DNA of 64,000 bases. It comes from Paragordius varius (Eukaryota > Animalia > Nematomorpha). The stretch covers positions 8,928,001 through 8,992,000 of the forward strand of contig OZ176055.1 in NCBI GenBank assembly GCA_964247055.1. Direction: 5' to 3'. The position numbers and the translations under genes were made by a program. Positions 63,841 to 64,000 of this stretch are shown piece after piece; position 1 is the stretch's first letter; every line of letters begins with the position of its first letter. Under the pieces are notes generated by a model, which was given only the letters and a program-made list of their open reading frames with translations, did no database searches and was not told where the DNA came from.

Positions 63841-64000
63841 GTTTGCTGTTTCAGCATTTTTGAAAAATTTTAAAAATCAAAATATATAGTAAAATTTGGG
63901 GTAAAATAGTTAAAAAAATGATTTTATTTCATTATAATCATCAATGCTGTTGTTCTTCAGAGTTGAAGGTAGCTGATTTGAGATAAGTTTTTATTGCTAT

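Overview
Very AT-rich animal (metazoan) genomic DNA; the species cannot be identified from the sequence. Four spliced host genes were reconstructed by hand: a STAT5-like STAT (+, 4747-13684, 20 coding exons, 822 aa), a PRDM14 orthologue (-, 13977 to at least 17253, 5' end unresolved), GDPD1/GDPD3-like (-, 43627-47053, 10 exons, 296 aa) and FBXW5 (+, 59611 to beyond the window end). STAT and GDPD1 need GT-AG introns of only 22-34 nt, all at the 5' end of the gene, while several of the longer 3' introns are filled by TA-flanked MITEs. The centre (27476-41736) is a decayed gene for a Lys/Ser-rich basic protein with a 14-aa repeat (ENVVITPRSETNCL, 42 bp). That repeat has expanded into a ~13.6 kb array of seven alternately oriented blocks, joined by two reused 2-nt-loop fold-back junctions and including a 3006-bp higher-order duplication. 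An unexpanded paralogue lies inverted at 54313-56101. The rest is transposon debris: TTAA-flanked MITEs, mariner, hAT, Chapaev-like, Gypsy and probable LINE fragments. Exon coordinates come from manual reading, and homology calls come from recalled family motifs, not database searches.
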